The notes beneath the pieces are model-generated. The model was not told the origin of the DNA. It worked only from the letters and a program-made list of their open reading frames with translations, and searched no databases. A program made the translations under genes and the position numbers. DNA of 48,098 bases. Origin: an uncultured Gammaproteobacteria bacterium. Lineage in GTDB: Bacteria; Patescibacteriota; Patescibacteriia; Magasanikbacterales; GWA2-37-8. Positions 27,101 through 36,364 of the stretch are shown here, piece after piece (the first letter of the stretch is position 1; each line of letters starts with the position of its first letter). The stretch is taken from the NCBI GenBank assembly GCA_964619625.1, contig CAZUFD010000001.1, forward strand, positions 138,258-186,355, read 5' to 3'.

Positions 27101-28336
27101 AACATCCTAAAAGAAATTCACAATGTTTGGAATATTGTGGGTCGTAATAAAGTACGATCTTTTTTAACTATGCTTGGCATTGTTATAGGCATCATGTCTG
27201 TAATTGTTGTAATGTCTGTGGGAGCCGGCGCGCAAAGCTTAATCCTTAATCAGGTAAGCAGCCTGGGTTCAAATTTAGTCGGTATTCTCCCCGGCCAATC
27301 CGAAGACGAAGGACCCCCAGCTTCGGCTATGGGCATAGTAATTACCACCCTAAAGTACGAAGATTTAAAATCCCTTGTGGGGCCTGAATTCCCTTATATA
27401 GTGGCGGCCACAGCCTATGTGCGAGGCGTTGATACAGTTAACTGGGGTGATAATAAAACAGACACCAATTTTGTGGGCGTATCGGCAGCTTTGCCAGAAG
27501 TAGAAGATACAGATGTAAGCATCGGAAGATTTTTTTCGGAAGAAGAAGAGAAAAGTTTGGCTAGAGTCGCGGTCTTGGGAAGTCAAACGGCCAAGGATTT
27601 ATTTGGGGACACAGACCCGATAGGGAAACAAATTAGAATTAAAAAAACCTCTTTTACGGTTATCGGGGTGATGGGAGAGAGAGGAAGCAGCGGTTTTCAA
27701 AATCAGGATAATCAAATTTATACACCCATTACCACTGCGCAAAAATTATTGCTCGGCATAGACTATGTTAGTTTCGGACGTGTAAAGGTAGATAGCGCAG
27801 AAAATGTAGATAAAACTGTAGAATATGTTAAGCAAGTTTTGCGAGAGCGACATAAAATAACTAATCCGGAAGAGGATGATTTTTCTGTGCGCACAACCGC
27901 TCAAGGATTAGACGCTCTTACCAATATTACCAACGCGCTCAAGATTTTCTTGTCTGCAATCGCAGCCATTTCTTTAATTGTGGGCGGAATTGGAATTATG
28001 AACATTATGCTTGCAGCCGTGCAAGAGAGAACCAGAGAGATTGGTTTGCGCAAAGCAGTGGGCGCAAAAAACAGTAATATTATTACTCAATTTCTAATCG
28101 AGACAGTAATGATTACTTTTATGGGCGCGTTGATGGGGATATTGCTGGGGACTTTAATTTCTTTTGCCGCTGGTAAAGTTGCGCAAAGTTTAGGTTATCA
28201 CTGGGATATAGTTGTTTCTCTATCGTCTGTTTTAGCCGCTTGTGTGGTGGGCGTTAGTATTGGACTTGTGTTTGGCATAGTGCCGGCGCGCAGGGCTAGC
28301 AAATTAAACCCAATTGAAGCATTGCGATATGAATAG
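27098..28336 (+). CDS. MacB-like ABC permease
   Basis: RSFLTMLGIVIG, GGIGIMNIML..V.ERTREIGLRKAVGA, NPIEALRYE. Confidence 0.93.
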   Translation: MNILKEIHNVWNIVGRNKVRSFLTMLGIVIGIMSVIVVMSVGAGAQSLILNQVSSLGSNLVGILPGQSEDEGPPASAMGIVITTLKYEDLKSLVGPEFPYIVAATAYVRGVDTVNWGDNKTDTNFVGVSAALPEVEDTDVSIGRFFSEEEEKSLARVAVLGSQTAKDLFGDTDPIGKQIRIKKTSFTVIGVMGERGSSGFQNQDNQIYTPITTAQKLLLGIDYVSFGRVKVDSAENVDKTVEYVKQVLRERHKITNPEEDDFSVRTTAQGLDALTNITNALKIFLSAIAAISLIVGGIGIMNIMLAAVQERTREIGLRKAVGAKNSNIITQFLIETVMITFMGALMGILLGTLISFAAGKVAQSLGYHWDIVVSLSSVLAACVVGVSIGLVFGIVPARRASKLNPIEALRYE

Positions 28337-29594
28337 TATTTTTTTAGATACAATTAAGGATAATTTAAAATTAGCCAGCCATTCTTTGCTTGCTCAAAAA
28401 ACCAGATCGGTTTTAACTATTTTAGGCATCAGTATTGGTGTGGCAGTGGTAATTACCATTTTGGCAGCTGGCCGTGGACTCGATAAATTTATCATGAGCC
28501 AATTAGAAATTTTTGGTTCCGATACTCTTAGTATAGAGGTGAAAATCCCTAACACCAAAGACACTTCCACCGAAAATGCTTTTGGTCAGGCCACCGGTGT
28601 AACTATAACTACTCTAAAAAATTCAGACACAGACGATGTGGGCAAACATCCAAATATTGTCGCTGCTTATGGTTGGATGATCGGGCAGGCTGTAGTTACT
28701 TATCAAGGGCAAATCAAAACAGTTACTTTGTTTGGTCAAGGATATAATATGCCGGAGGTAGAAAAATTTTCTTTGTCAGAAGGTAGAATGTTTACCAAAG
28801 AAGAAGAGGATTCTCTTTCGCAAATAGTAGTACTTGGGTCGGTTGTAAAAGAAAAATTATTTGGCGATGATACTGCTTCGGGCAAAACTATTTACATAAA
28901 AGGCAAGCCATTTAAAGTGGCAGGCGTATCTACCAAGCGTGGCGCTACATTTGGTATGGATATGGATAATATGATAATCGTGCCGACCAAGACCATGCAA
29001 AAAAGAATTTTGGGCATAGATTATATTCACAACATTATGGCCAAAATGAAAGATACGAGCATTTCCAAGCAAACCGTAGAAGAATTAAACGAAATTATTC
29101 GCGCCAATCACGATATCACCGATCCAAATAAAGATGATTTTACTATAAACACTATGGCTGAGGCGGTTTCTATTTTAGGTAGCGTGGTAAGCGGCATTAC
29201 TTTTCTGCTGGTGGCGCTTGTCTGCATATCGCTTGTGGTAGGCGGTGTTGGAATTATGAATATAATGTATGTATCTGTTTCGGAGCGAGTATTTGAAATT
29301 GGTTTGCGCAAAGCTTTGGGTGCAAAAGCCAGCGATATTTTGTGGCAATTTTTATTAGAATCAATTTTGCTCACCTCTATTGGCGGTGTGGTAGGCGTAG
29401 CTATGGGCGCGCTTATGGCGCTGATAGTATATTTTGTAGCAGTTTCCAACAATTTTAATTGGGTCTATAGCATCCCGCTTTTTTCTGTTTTGTTATCTGT
29501 TGGCTTCTCGGCATTTATTGGTGTTTTATTTGGTATTTATCCTGCCAAAAAGGCAGCTGCGCTTAACCCGATTGAGGCTTTGAGAAGGGAATAG
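28329..29594 (+). CDS. MacB-like ABC permease (second paralog)
   Basis: RSVLTILGISIG, GGVGIMNIM..SVSER..EIGLRKALGA, NPIEALRRE. Confidence 0.92.
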   Translation: MNSIFLDTIKDNLKLASHSLLAQKTRSVLTILGISIGVAVVITILAAGRGLDKFIMSQLEIFGSDTLSIEVKIPNTKDTSTENAFGQATGVTITTLKNSDTDDVGKHPNIVAAYGWMIGQAVVTYQGQIKTVTLFGQGYNMPEVEKFSLSEGRMFTKEEEDSLSQIVVLGSVVKEKLFGDDTASGKTIYIKGKPFKVAGVSTKRGATFGMDMDNMIIVPTKTMQKRILGIDYIHNIMAKMKDTSISKQTVEELNEIIRANHDITDPNKDDFTINTMAEAVSILGSVVSGITFLLVALVCISLVVGGVGIMNIMYVSVSERVFEIGLRKALGAKASDILWQFLLESILLTSIGGVVGVAMGALMALIVYFVAVSNNFNWVYSIPLFSVLLSVGFSAFIGVLFGIYPAKKAAALNPIEALRRE

Positions 29595-29638
29595 GTATAG
29601 TTGTTATTTCGCTTGAAATTATGATAATGTAGCTTCGT

Positions 29639-31441
29639 ATGACCGATACTCAGGCCATTAAAGATAGGTTGGACATTGTGCAGATAATCGGAGAATATGT
29701 GCGCCTGAAAAAGGCGGGCATAAATTGGAAAGCTAATTGTCCGTTCCATAACGAAAAATCACCTTCGTTTATGGTGCAGCCGGAAAAACAGTTCTGGCAT
29801 TGTTTTGGTTGCGGCAAAGGCGGCGATATTTTTTCTTTTATCCAAGAAATGGAAGGGCTGGACTTTCCCGAAGCTTTAAAAATTTTGGCAAACCGAGCCG
29901 GAGTAAAGTTGGATACATATGCCAGCGAAGTAAATAAAAGCCAAAAAAATAGAATTATAGAAATAAATACTAAGGCCGCGTATTTTTTTAATCATTTTTT
30001 GTCCGAGATGCCGGCTGCGGAAATGGCCAGAGACTATCTAAAACGCCGCGAACTAACTAGCCAAACAATTTCCGATTGGCAAGTTGGTTTTATTCCAGAG
30101 CAATGGGACTTGCTTACAAAATATTTATTACAAAAAGGCAATAGCATAGACGATTTGATTGCTTCGGGTTTGACCATAAAAAAAGACGGCGGCGGTTTTT
30201 ATGATCGCTTTCGCGGCCGAATCATGTTTCCAATTTGGGATGCGCACGGCAATGCGGTTGGGTTTACGGGCAGGGTACTTGTGGAAACAGAGAAATCCGG
30301 CGGGAAATATGTAAATACGCCGCAAACTTTAGTATTTGATAAATCTAGAATTTTATACGGATTAAACAAGGCCAAAACCGAAATCAAGGCCAAGGATTTG
30401 GCCGTGCTGGTGGAAGGGCAGATGGATGTGATCGCCTGTCATCAAGCTGGCATGAAAAACGTTGTAGCTTCTAGCGGTACAGCCTTAACACTTGAGCAAA
30501 TTAAATTATTAAAAAGGTATTCCAACAATATTGCCATTGCCTTTGATGCGGATACAGCCGGGCAAAATGCGGCTAAGCGCGGCATAGATGTGGCGTTGGA
30601 ACAGGGGATGAGTATAAAAATTATCCAAATTCCGGCTGGAGCGGGTAAGGATGCCGATGAATGCATAAAAAAAGATTCGTCTATTTGGTTTAAAGCTGTA
30701 GAAACCGCTAAAGAAGTAATGGATTGGTATTTTGCCAGTGCGTTTAATGGAATAGATAAAAATGATCCTAAACAAAAACAAAAAATTGCCGAAACGCTTT
30801 TGACCGAGATAGCCAGATTGCCATATGCGGTAGAGCGAGACCATTGGTTGAAAAAATTAGCGGATGAAATAGGTGTTGACCGCTCTGTTTTGGTAACAGA
30901 AATGAGCAGGGTAGTAGCTCAGACAAAAAGGTACCCGGACAATAATTATGCTAATTTAACCAGTAAGCCCGCGAGCTCTAGCATAGCCGCTGCAAGCCAG
31001 GAAAATTGGGAAGAAAAAGGTAAGATTCACCTGCTTGCCGAAAACTTTTTTGCCCTGCTTTTAAAGTTTCCTCAGTTGTTCGCTCAGCATGCCCCTGGCC
31101 TAAAGTCTGAATTTTTTGAACATACCCCCCTGGCCGGGCTTTACGAATCGCTAAAAAAGCACTATAATGGCAATATAGATATAGCGGTGGTTAAAAACAG
31201 TTTAACCAAGGAAGAGCAATCTGCCATTGATATTTTAGTATTAAAAACAGACAAAGATTATAGCGGTTTTGATGCCCAGCAGACCAGCAAAGAATTGTCT
31301 ATTTTGCTTGGCGCAATAAAAAGCGAGTGGCAAAAAAATAAACGCCAGAAATTATTTGTGGAATTAAAAGAAGCAGAAAAAAGCGGCAATCCGGAATCGG
31401 TGCAGAAAATTTTGAAAGAAATAATGGAATTAGAGAAATAA
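29639..31441 (+). CDS. dnaG: DNA primase
   Basis: CPFHNEKSPS..CFGC zinc finger, DRFRGRIMFP, VEGQMD TOPRIM, FDAD. Confidence 0.97.
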   Translation: MTDTQAIKDRLDIVQIIGEYVRLKKAGINWKANCPFHNEKSPSFMVQPEKQFWHCFGCGKGGDIFSFIQEMEGLDFPEALKILANRAGVKLDTYASEVNKSQKNRIIEINTKAAYFFNHFLSEMPAAEMARDYLKRRELTSQTISDWQVGFIPEQWDLLTKYLLQKGNSIDDLIASGLTIKKDGGGFYDRFRGRIMFPIWDAHGNAVGFTGRVLVETEKSGGKYVNTPQTLVFDKSRILYGLNKAKTEIKAKDLAVLVEGQMDVIACHQAGMKNVVASSGTALTLEQIKLLKRYSNNIAIAFDADTAGQNAAKRGIDVALEQGMSIKIIQIPAGAGKDADECIKKDSSIWFKAVETAKEVMDWYFASAFNGIDKNDPKQKQKIAETLLTEIARLPYAVERDHWLKKLADEIGVDRSVLVTEMSRVVAQTKRYPDNNYANLTSKPASSSIAAASQENWEEKGKIHLLAENFFALLLKFPQLFAQHAPGLKSEFFEHTPLAGLYESLKKHYNGNIDIAVVKNSLTKEEQSAIDILVLKTDKDYSGFDAQQTSKELSILLGAIKSEWQKNKRQKLFVELKEAEKSGNPESVQKILKEIMELEK

Positions 31442-31493
31442 AACATATTAACTTTATTATTAAAGTAAGATTTAATTAATCCCTAGTATACTT

Positions 31494-32792
31494 ATGGTCA
31501 AAAAAAAGGGGACAATTAAAAAATCTTCCAAGCCATTGCGCGTTAAACATACGCGTAAGCAAAAAGAGAAGAAAAAAGTTTTGGTAAAAAAATCACAAAA
31601 AAAATCGGTAAAAAAGTTTCTTCAACCTAAAAAAAACCAGCACTTCAAGCAAAAAGGCAAGCATCATAAAAAAAATCAAGAAGAGGAAATCGTAGCCGAG
31701 CCTTCGCTTAAAGATATTTGGGCGCTTGTTGCCAAGGGACGTACTCGCGGTTTTATTACCCAAGTAGAAGCTGAGGGTGTTTTTTCTCGTCCGGAACGGT
31801 ATCTGGATCTTTATGAGGGCTTTATGGATCTGCTGGATAAAAATGGTGTAACTATTGTAGAAACTGTCGGTAACTTGCTTGGCCGTAAAACAGAAAGCGC
31901 TCAACTTCTCCACCAGTTCCAGGGTAAACAGCCCGATATGGACACTCCATTTGATTTGGGTCAGATTTCTTCTGATTCTATACAGATGTATTTGCGTGAA
32001 ATTGGTAGAATACCATTGCTTAAATCCGCGGAAGAGATCGCTCTGGCCAAACGCAAAGAAAGAGGCGATAAAGAAGCGGACAGAAAACTGATAGAAGCGA
32101 ATTTAAGATTAGTCGTTTCTATTGCCAAAAAATTTGTAGGAAAATCTTTGTCATTGTTGGATTTAATCCAAGAAGGAAACATCGGCTTGTTTAGAGCTGT
32201 AAAAAAATTTGATTATCGCAAAGGGTTTAAATTTTCTACTTACGCCACTTGGTGGATACGCCAGGCCATTACTCGCGCCTTGGCCGACCAGTCGCGCACC
32301 ATTCGTATTCCGGTGCATATGGTAGAAACCATCAACCGCTTCCAGCAGGTACAGCGCCGACTACTGCAAGATTTGGGACGCGACCCAACCCCGGAAGAAT
32401 TAGCCGCGGAAATGGGCGAAGAAGTAGAAAAAATCAATCATATTATCAAAATTTCCCAAGACACCGTATCTTTGGAAATGTCTGTGGGCGACGATGACGA
32501 CGACGATTCTTCTTTGCAAGATTTTGTGGAGGATGTAAAAAATATGTCTCCGGACAGAGTGGCCGGTCTGCAAATTTTACGCGATTACGTAAAAGATGCC
32601 ATAAAAGACTTATCGCCGCGCGAGCAAAAGATTTTGGAAATGAGATTTGGCCTGACCGATGGCGTTACCCATACTTTGGAAGAAGTAGGCAAAGAATTTG
32701 ACGTTACCCGCGAACGTATTCGTCAGATTGAAGCCAAAGCTTTGGAAAAGATTCAGCACATGGATATTATCGCCAAGCTGAAGGATTATTAA
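31494..32792 (+). CDS. rpoD: Primary sigma factor with Lys-rich N-terminal extension
   Basis: [46 protein letters not shown]; follows dnaG. Confidence 0.95.
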   Translation: MVKKKGTIKKSSKPLRVKHTRKQKEKKKVLVKKSQKKSVKKFLQPKKNQHFKQKGKHHKKNQEEEIVAEPSLKDIWALVAKGRTRGFITQVEAEGVFSRPERYLDLYEGFMDLLDKNGVTIVETVGNLLGRKTESAQLLHQFQGKQPDMDTPFDLGQISSDSIQMYLREIGRIPLLKSAEEIALAKRKERGDKEADRKLIEANLRLVVSIAKKFVGKSLSLLDLIQEGNIGLFRAVKKFDYRKGFKFSTYATWWIRQAITRALADQSRTIRIPVHMVETINRFQQVQRRLLQDLGRDPTPEELAAEMGEEVEKINHIIKISQDTVSLEMSVGDDDDDDSSLQDFVEDVKNMSPDRVAGLQILRDYVKDAIKDLSPREQKILEMRFGLTDGVTHTLEEVGKEFDVTRERIRQIEAKALEKIQHMDIIAKLKDY

Positions 32793-32827
32793 TTTGCGAA
32801 ATGAGTGAGTGAAGAGCAAATATTATG
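32790..32827 (+). repeat. Collapsed tandem-GA element, copy 6
   Basis: ATTTGC GA a AT GA GT GA GT GA A GA GCAAAT; inner stem missing. Confidence 0.6.
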
Positions 32828-34045
32828 ACGATAGAAAATTTTAATCCTAGGGCCGCAGGACTTCCCCGAGAAAAAAACCTAGAGGATAAAATGATCCGGC
32901 AAGACGTGATAAGCCACGAAGAAGTAAAAGAATACGCTGATTTTATAATCAGCAAACTCAAATCTTTATCAGAAAATAATCAGGAAAAAGTAACTTCTTT
33001 TTTAGTTGACGCGTTTAGCGATGATACTATTTTGCACAAAGCCGGAGTGCGTATGAGCAAAGATTTATTTTTGTTGGACGAAAAAGAAGCCCTTGGCGCG
33101 ATAAAAAGAGTTAGAAAGGCGTTGATGGACGAATTAAAAGGGAAATTAGACAGAAAAATCTATTTACTTGTTGAGAATATCGTAAAAGACATTCCTAATA
33201 AAAACGCATCTGCTGGCAATCCGTATAACCCGGAACGTAAAAATATAATCAGCCAGGTAGTAGATGTGGATAATGATCGGGAAAAAATATATAAAGAGCA
33301 AGGTGCGTGGGGGGAGCAGAAATATACAGAAGAGGCTTTTTTGGTATTTAATAGACTGGCTCCTCATCCAAATATCGCGCAAGTGAAAGAGTATGATAAA
33401 GAAAATCATAAATTTATTTATGAAAAATTAAATTTTGTCTCGCTAGATAAGTATTTAGAAAGAGGAAAAGATTCCGCCGAAGTTAAATTGATTACAAGTC
33501 TAAAAGTTTTAAGAGATTGCATAAAGGGCGCAGCGTATTTGGCAGACAACGGTTTAGTGCTTGAAGATATTGAACCTACTAACGTGGGTGTAGAAAAAAC
33601 AGGCCCAGAAGTAAAAGGCATTTTATTTGACCTTGAAGGACTGATAAAGGCAGGAGTTGTAAAAAAGCCGCGTAAGCATAAAGAAGGTTATTTAGATTGG
33701 CAAACTTTTGATTATCGTCAAGCAGATAAATTTGCAGTTAGTCCTTATGAAACGGTCTGGCAGTTCGGTCTTTGTTTGGGCTATGTGCAAAAGTATTATT
33801 CCGGGAAAAATGATTTAGAGTCCAAAGGACCGGGTAAAGAAAAGATAAAAAAAATAATTAGCGATTTAAGAAATTTAGCTGAAGATATGGTTGAGTGGCG
33901 TAGCAGTAAGCCTGTGGATTCTGAAAAAGAAGATTGGAGAAAAAGAAAAGGCGCGCGTGCGCAAAGCAGGATAGATTTGAAAGAAGCGGAGGAAAGGCTA
34001 AGTAAAATTATTGATGATATAGAGAAGGAAAAAGATTTTGTATGA
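32825..34045 (+). CDS. Divergent protein-kinase-like protein
   Basis: IYK, EE helix, HPNIAQV, EDIEPTNV catalytic-loop-like, FDLEG (DFG-like), WQFG. Confidence 0.65.
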   Translation: MTIENFNPRAAGLPREKNLEDKMIRQDVISHEEVKEYADFIISKLKSLSENNQEKVTSFLVDAFSDDTILHKAGVRMSKDLFLLDEKEALGAIKRVRKALMDELKGKLDRKIYLLVENIVKDIPNKNASAGNPYNPERKNIISQVVDVDNDREKIYKEQGAWGEQKYTEEAFLVFNRLAPHPNIAQVKEYDKENHKFIYEKLNFVSLDKYLERGKDSAEVKLITSLKVLRDCIKGAAYLADNGLVLEDIEPTNVGVEKTGPEVKGILFDLEGLIKAGVVKKPRKHKEGYLDWQTFDYRQADKFAVSPYETVWQFGLCLGYVQKYYSGKNDLESKGPGKEKIKKIISDLRNLAEDMVEWRSSKPVDSEKEDWRKRKGARAQSRIDLKEAEERLSKIIDDIEKEKDFV

Positions 34046-35115
34046 AGATACTTTTTTCCGGCGGCGGAACTCTGGGGCCGGTCGTGCCGCTGCTGGCTGT
34101 TGCTGAAATTTATAAAAAACACAACCCCAAGGCGGAATTTCTTTGGGTAGGCACGCAAAACGGTCCGGAAAAAGAATTAATTTCTCAATATAATATTCCT
34201 TTTTTCACCTTAACTTCCGGAAAATGGCGCCGCTATATTTCGCTGTGGAATTTTTTTGATTTGTTTAAAATAACTTTTGGTTTTTTTCAGTCTTTATTTT
34301 TATTATGGCAGAAAAAACCGGATATGGTGGTAACAGCCGGAGGATTTGTAAGCGTGCCACTTCACGCCGCGGCTTTTGTGCTGGGGATACCAGCGTGGGT
34401 GCATCAGCAGGACGCGCAAGTTGGCCTGGCTAATAAGATTATGTCGCATACGGCCAAAAAAATTACCACGGCTTTGCGCGATAGTCAAAAATCATTTCCG
34501 GAAAATAAAACCGAATGGATAGGCAATCCGGTACGCGATCTGTTTGTAAAAGATATATCTGAGTCTAGACAGAAGCTTGGTATACCACCCGAAGCCCATG
34601 TAATTTTGGCTATGGGCGGTGGGACCGGCTCTAGTAGTATAAATAAATTAGTAATGGAAGCATTGCCAGCCTGGCCCAGAGATTGGCATATTATTCATTT
34701 GGTAGGACGCGAGCGGCCAAGGGCTTTACAAGAAAATGCGACAAAAGTATTTCCTAATTATCATGTGTTTCCATTTTTAAAAGAAGAAATGAAGGATGCT
34801 TACGCCATTGCCGAGGTTGTTATTACCCGAGCCGGTTTTGCCAGTATTACCGAACTGGCAGCCCTGGGCAAGGCGGCGATTCTACTCCCTATGTCGCATA
34901 CTCATCAAGAGGTAAACGCAAGGCTGCTCGCGGAAAATAAGGCAGCTATAGTCTTGGATGAAAGAATAGATAGCGGCTTGAAGTTGGCCAAAATCGTAGC
35001 CGAACTCATAGAATTTAAAGAGACCAGAGATTACTTGGGTAAACGATTACAGACGGTTTTACCTCCGGCCAAATCAGAGAAAATCATCCAAATTGTGGAT
35101 AGTCTTGCCTCTTGA
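34042..35115 (+). CDS. murG: UDP-GlcNAc:lipid I GlcNAc transferase
   Basis: GGGTLGPV, GGFVS.P, HQQD, GNPVR, GGGTG, RAG, HQ..NA. Confidence 0.92.
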   Translation: MKILFSGGGTLGPVVPLLAVAEIYKKHNPKAEFLWVGTQNGPEKELISQYNIPFFTLTSGKWRRYISLWNFFDLFKITFGFFQSLFLLWQKKPDMVVTAGGFVSVPLHAAAFVLGIPAWVHQQDAQVGLANKIMSHTAKKITTALRDSQKSFPENKTEWIGNPVRDLFVKDISESRQKLGIPPEAHVILAMGGGTGSSSINKLVMEALPAWPRDWHIIHLVGRERPRALQENATKVFPNYHVFPFLKEEMKDAYAIAEVVITRAGFASITELAALGKAAILLPMSHTHQEVNARLLAENKAAIVLDERIDSGLKLAKIVAELIEFKETRDYLGKRLQTVLPPAKSEKIIQIVDSLAS

Positions 35116-35162
35116 TTTTTTTATTACATTAGTATAGAATAATTAACACTTAGTTAAAATTT

Positions 35163-35235
35163 GGGTCGGTAGCTCAGCTGGTAGAGCAATGCCCTTTTAA
35201 GGCAGTGGTCCTGGGTTCGATCCCCAGCCGACCCA
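35163..35235 (+). tRNA. tRNA-Lys(TTT)
   Basis: GGGTCGG/CCGACCC acceptor, CT-TTT-AA anticodon loop, TTCGATC T-loop. Confidence 0.93.
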
Positions 35236-35295
35236 CGACGCGATGCGTTGTGGTAAAAAGATACATAGTCTTTATAATACAGTTATATACAATTT

Positions 35296-35369
35296 GGGCG
35301 TTTAGCTCAGCTGGTTAGAGCGCCTCGTTTACACCGAGGAGGTCTAGGGTTCGAATCCCTAAGCGCCTA
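35296..35369 (+). tRNA. tRNA-Val(TAC)
   Basis: GGGCGTT/AGCGCCT acceptor, CCTCG-TTTACAC-CGAGG anticodon arm. Confidence 0.95.
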
Positions 35370-35425
35370 CATAAGAGCGAGCAAATAGTTTTGCTCGCGA
35401 CAAGGGATGAGAATACAAAAGAAAT

Positions 35426-35456
35426 AAAAAACAACCCTGATAAGGGGTTGTTTTTT
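35426..35456. terminator. Bidirectional terminator
   Basis: AAAAAACAACCC-loop-GGGTTGTTTTTT between convergent units. Confidence 0.8.
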
Positions 35457-35571
35457 ATTATTTATTTTTTCTCCTCCCGGTATCCATAATTTCAATCATT
35501 GAAACTATAGATACGGCGGGAGGAGGGTGTTGAGTTCTCTGTAGCCGAAACGGTCTCGGCTAGTCCGGCTA

Positions 35572-36099
35572 CTAGCGCGGTAGCCAGAAGAACATGCGCA
35601 GCCGGCAGTTCGGCCCGTCCTCGCTGCCGAAGCCAGCTGGTTCGTTGTTCACCCAGGCCGTGACGCCCTTCATGGAACAGAGTGGCACTCGGTTGCCGGT
35701 CTCCTCGTCGATGTAGGTGACGAACACGATGTCCGGGTTCTGCACGGCGGTGAAGGAGAACCGGTCGCCATCAGCGTTACTGGGCATCACACGGACGGGG
35801 TGGCCTTCGCCGGGCCTCATCTGGTAGATCTGGAGGCCCCGATAGTTGGAAGCGAACAGGTACGAGTACCTTGCCCCCCACTTCGTTCCCCACTGCGCGT
35901 TGATTTCTTGGATTGTGGGGATGTTGTTGGCGCCCATCATGGGCATGGTCGTCGACTGGTCGCTGCTCTGGACCGTCAGGGTCTGGTGGTCCTGTATCAC
36001 GATCGGCATGCCCTTGGGGCGGTCGATCGTGGTGCTGCGGCCGGCGCAGCCGATGAGAACGAGGATGAGAGCAGTGACAGAAACAATTCTGAGCAACAT
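35572..36099 (-). CDS. GC-rich putative lipoprotein
   Basis: AGGAG SD before ATG 36099, signal peptide with LIGC lipobox; strongly elevated GC. Confidence 0.72.
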   Translation of the reverse strand: MLLRIVSVTALILVLIGCAGRSTTIDRPKGMPIVIQDHQTLTVQSSDQSTTMPMMGANNIPTIQEINAQWGTKWGARYSYLFASNYRGLQIYQMRPGEGHPVRVMPSNADGDRFSFTAVQNPDIVFVTYIDEETGNRVPLCSMKGVTAWVNNEPAGFGSEDGPNCRLRMFFWLPR

Positions 36100-36364
36100 A
36101 GCACGAGCTCCTGTCGTTGACTTCTTGGGTCTGCTGTATCCTCTCCCGGATACTGGGTTGCAGGGGATCCTGCCGAGAATTCTAGATAGAGGGACTATCC
36201 ACAATACTCGGCATTTCCCGATTTTAAAGGGCAAATAGGCTGTTTATATAAAATTTAACTTTTGTTTATCTGCTTTTAAGCAAACCATAAAATTCAACTT
36301 TTGTCAAGTTTAGGAGGTTAATCCGTTTGTATGATATAATTTATAGTAAGCAATTAAAATTATT

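Noticed and set aside
35460-35571. Integron attC site downstream of the GC-rich gene
   Set aside because: Hairpins are present, but there are no RYYYAAC/GTTRRRY core boxes and no integron integrase.
35800-36238. Plus-strand ORFs within the GC-rich island
   Set aside because: Shadow ORFs expected in high-GC DNA; the minus strand has the SD and lipobox.
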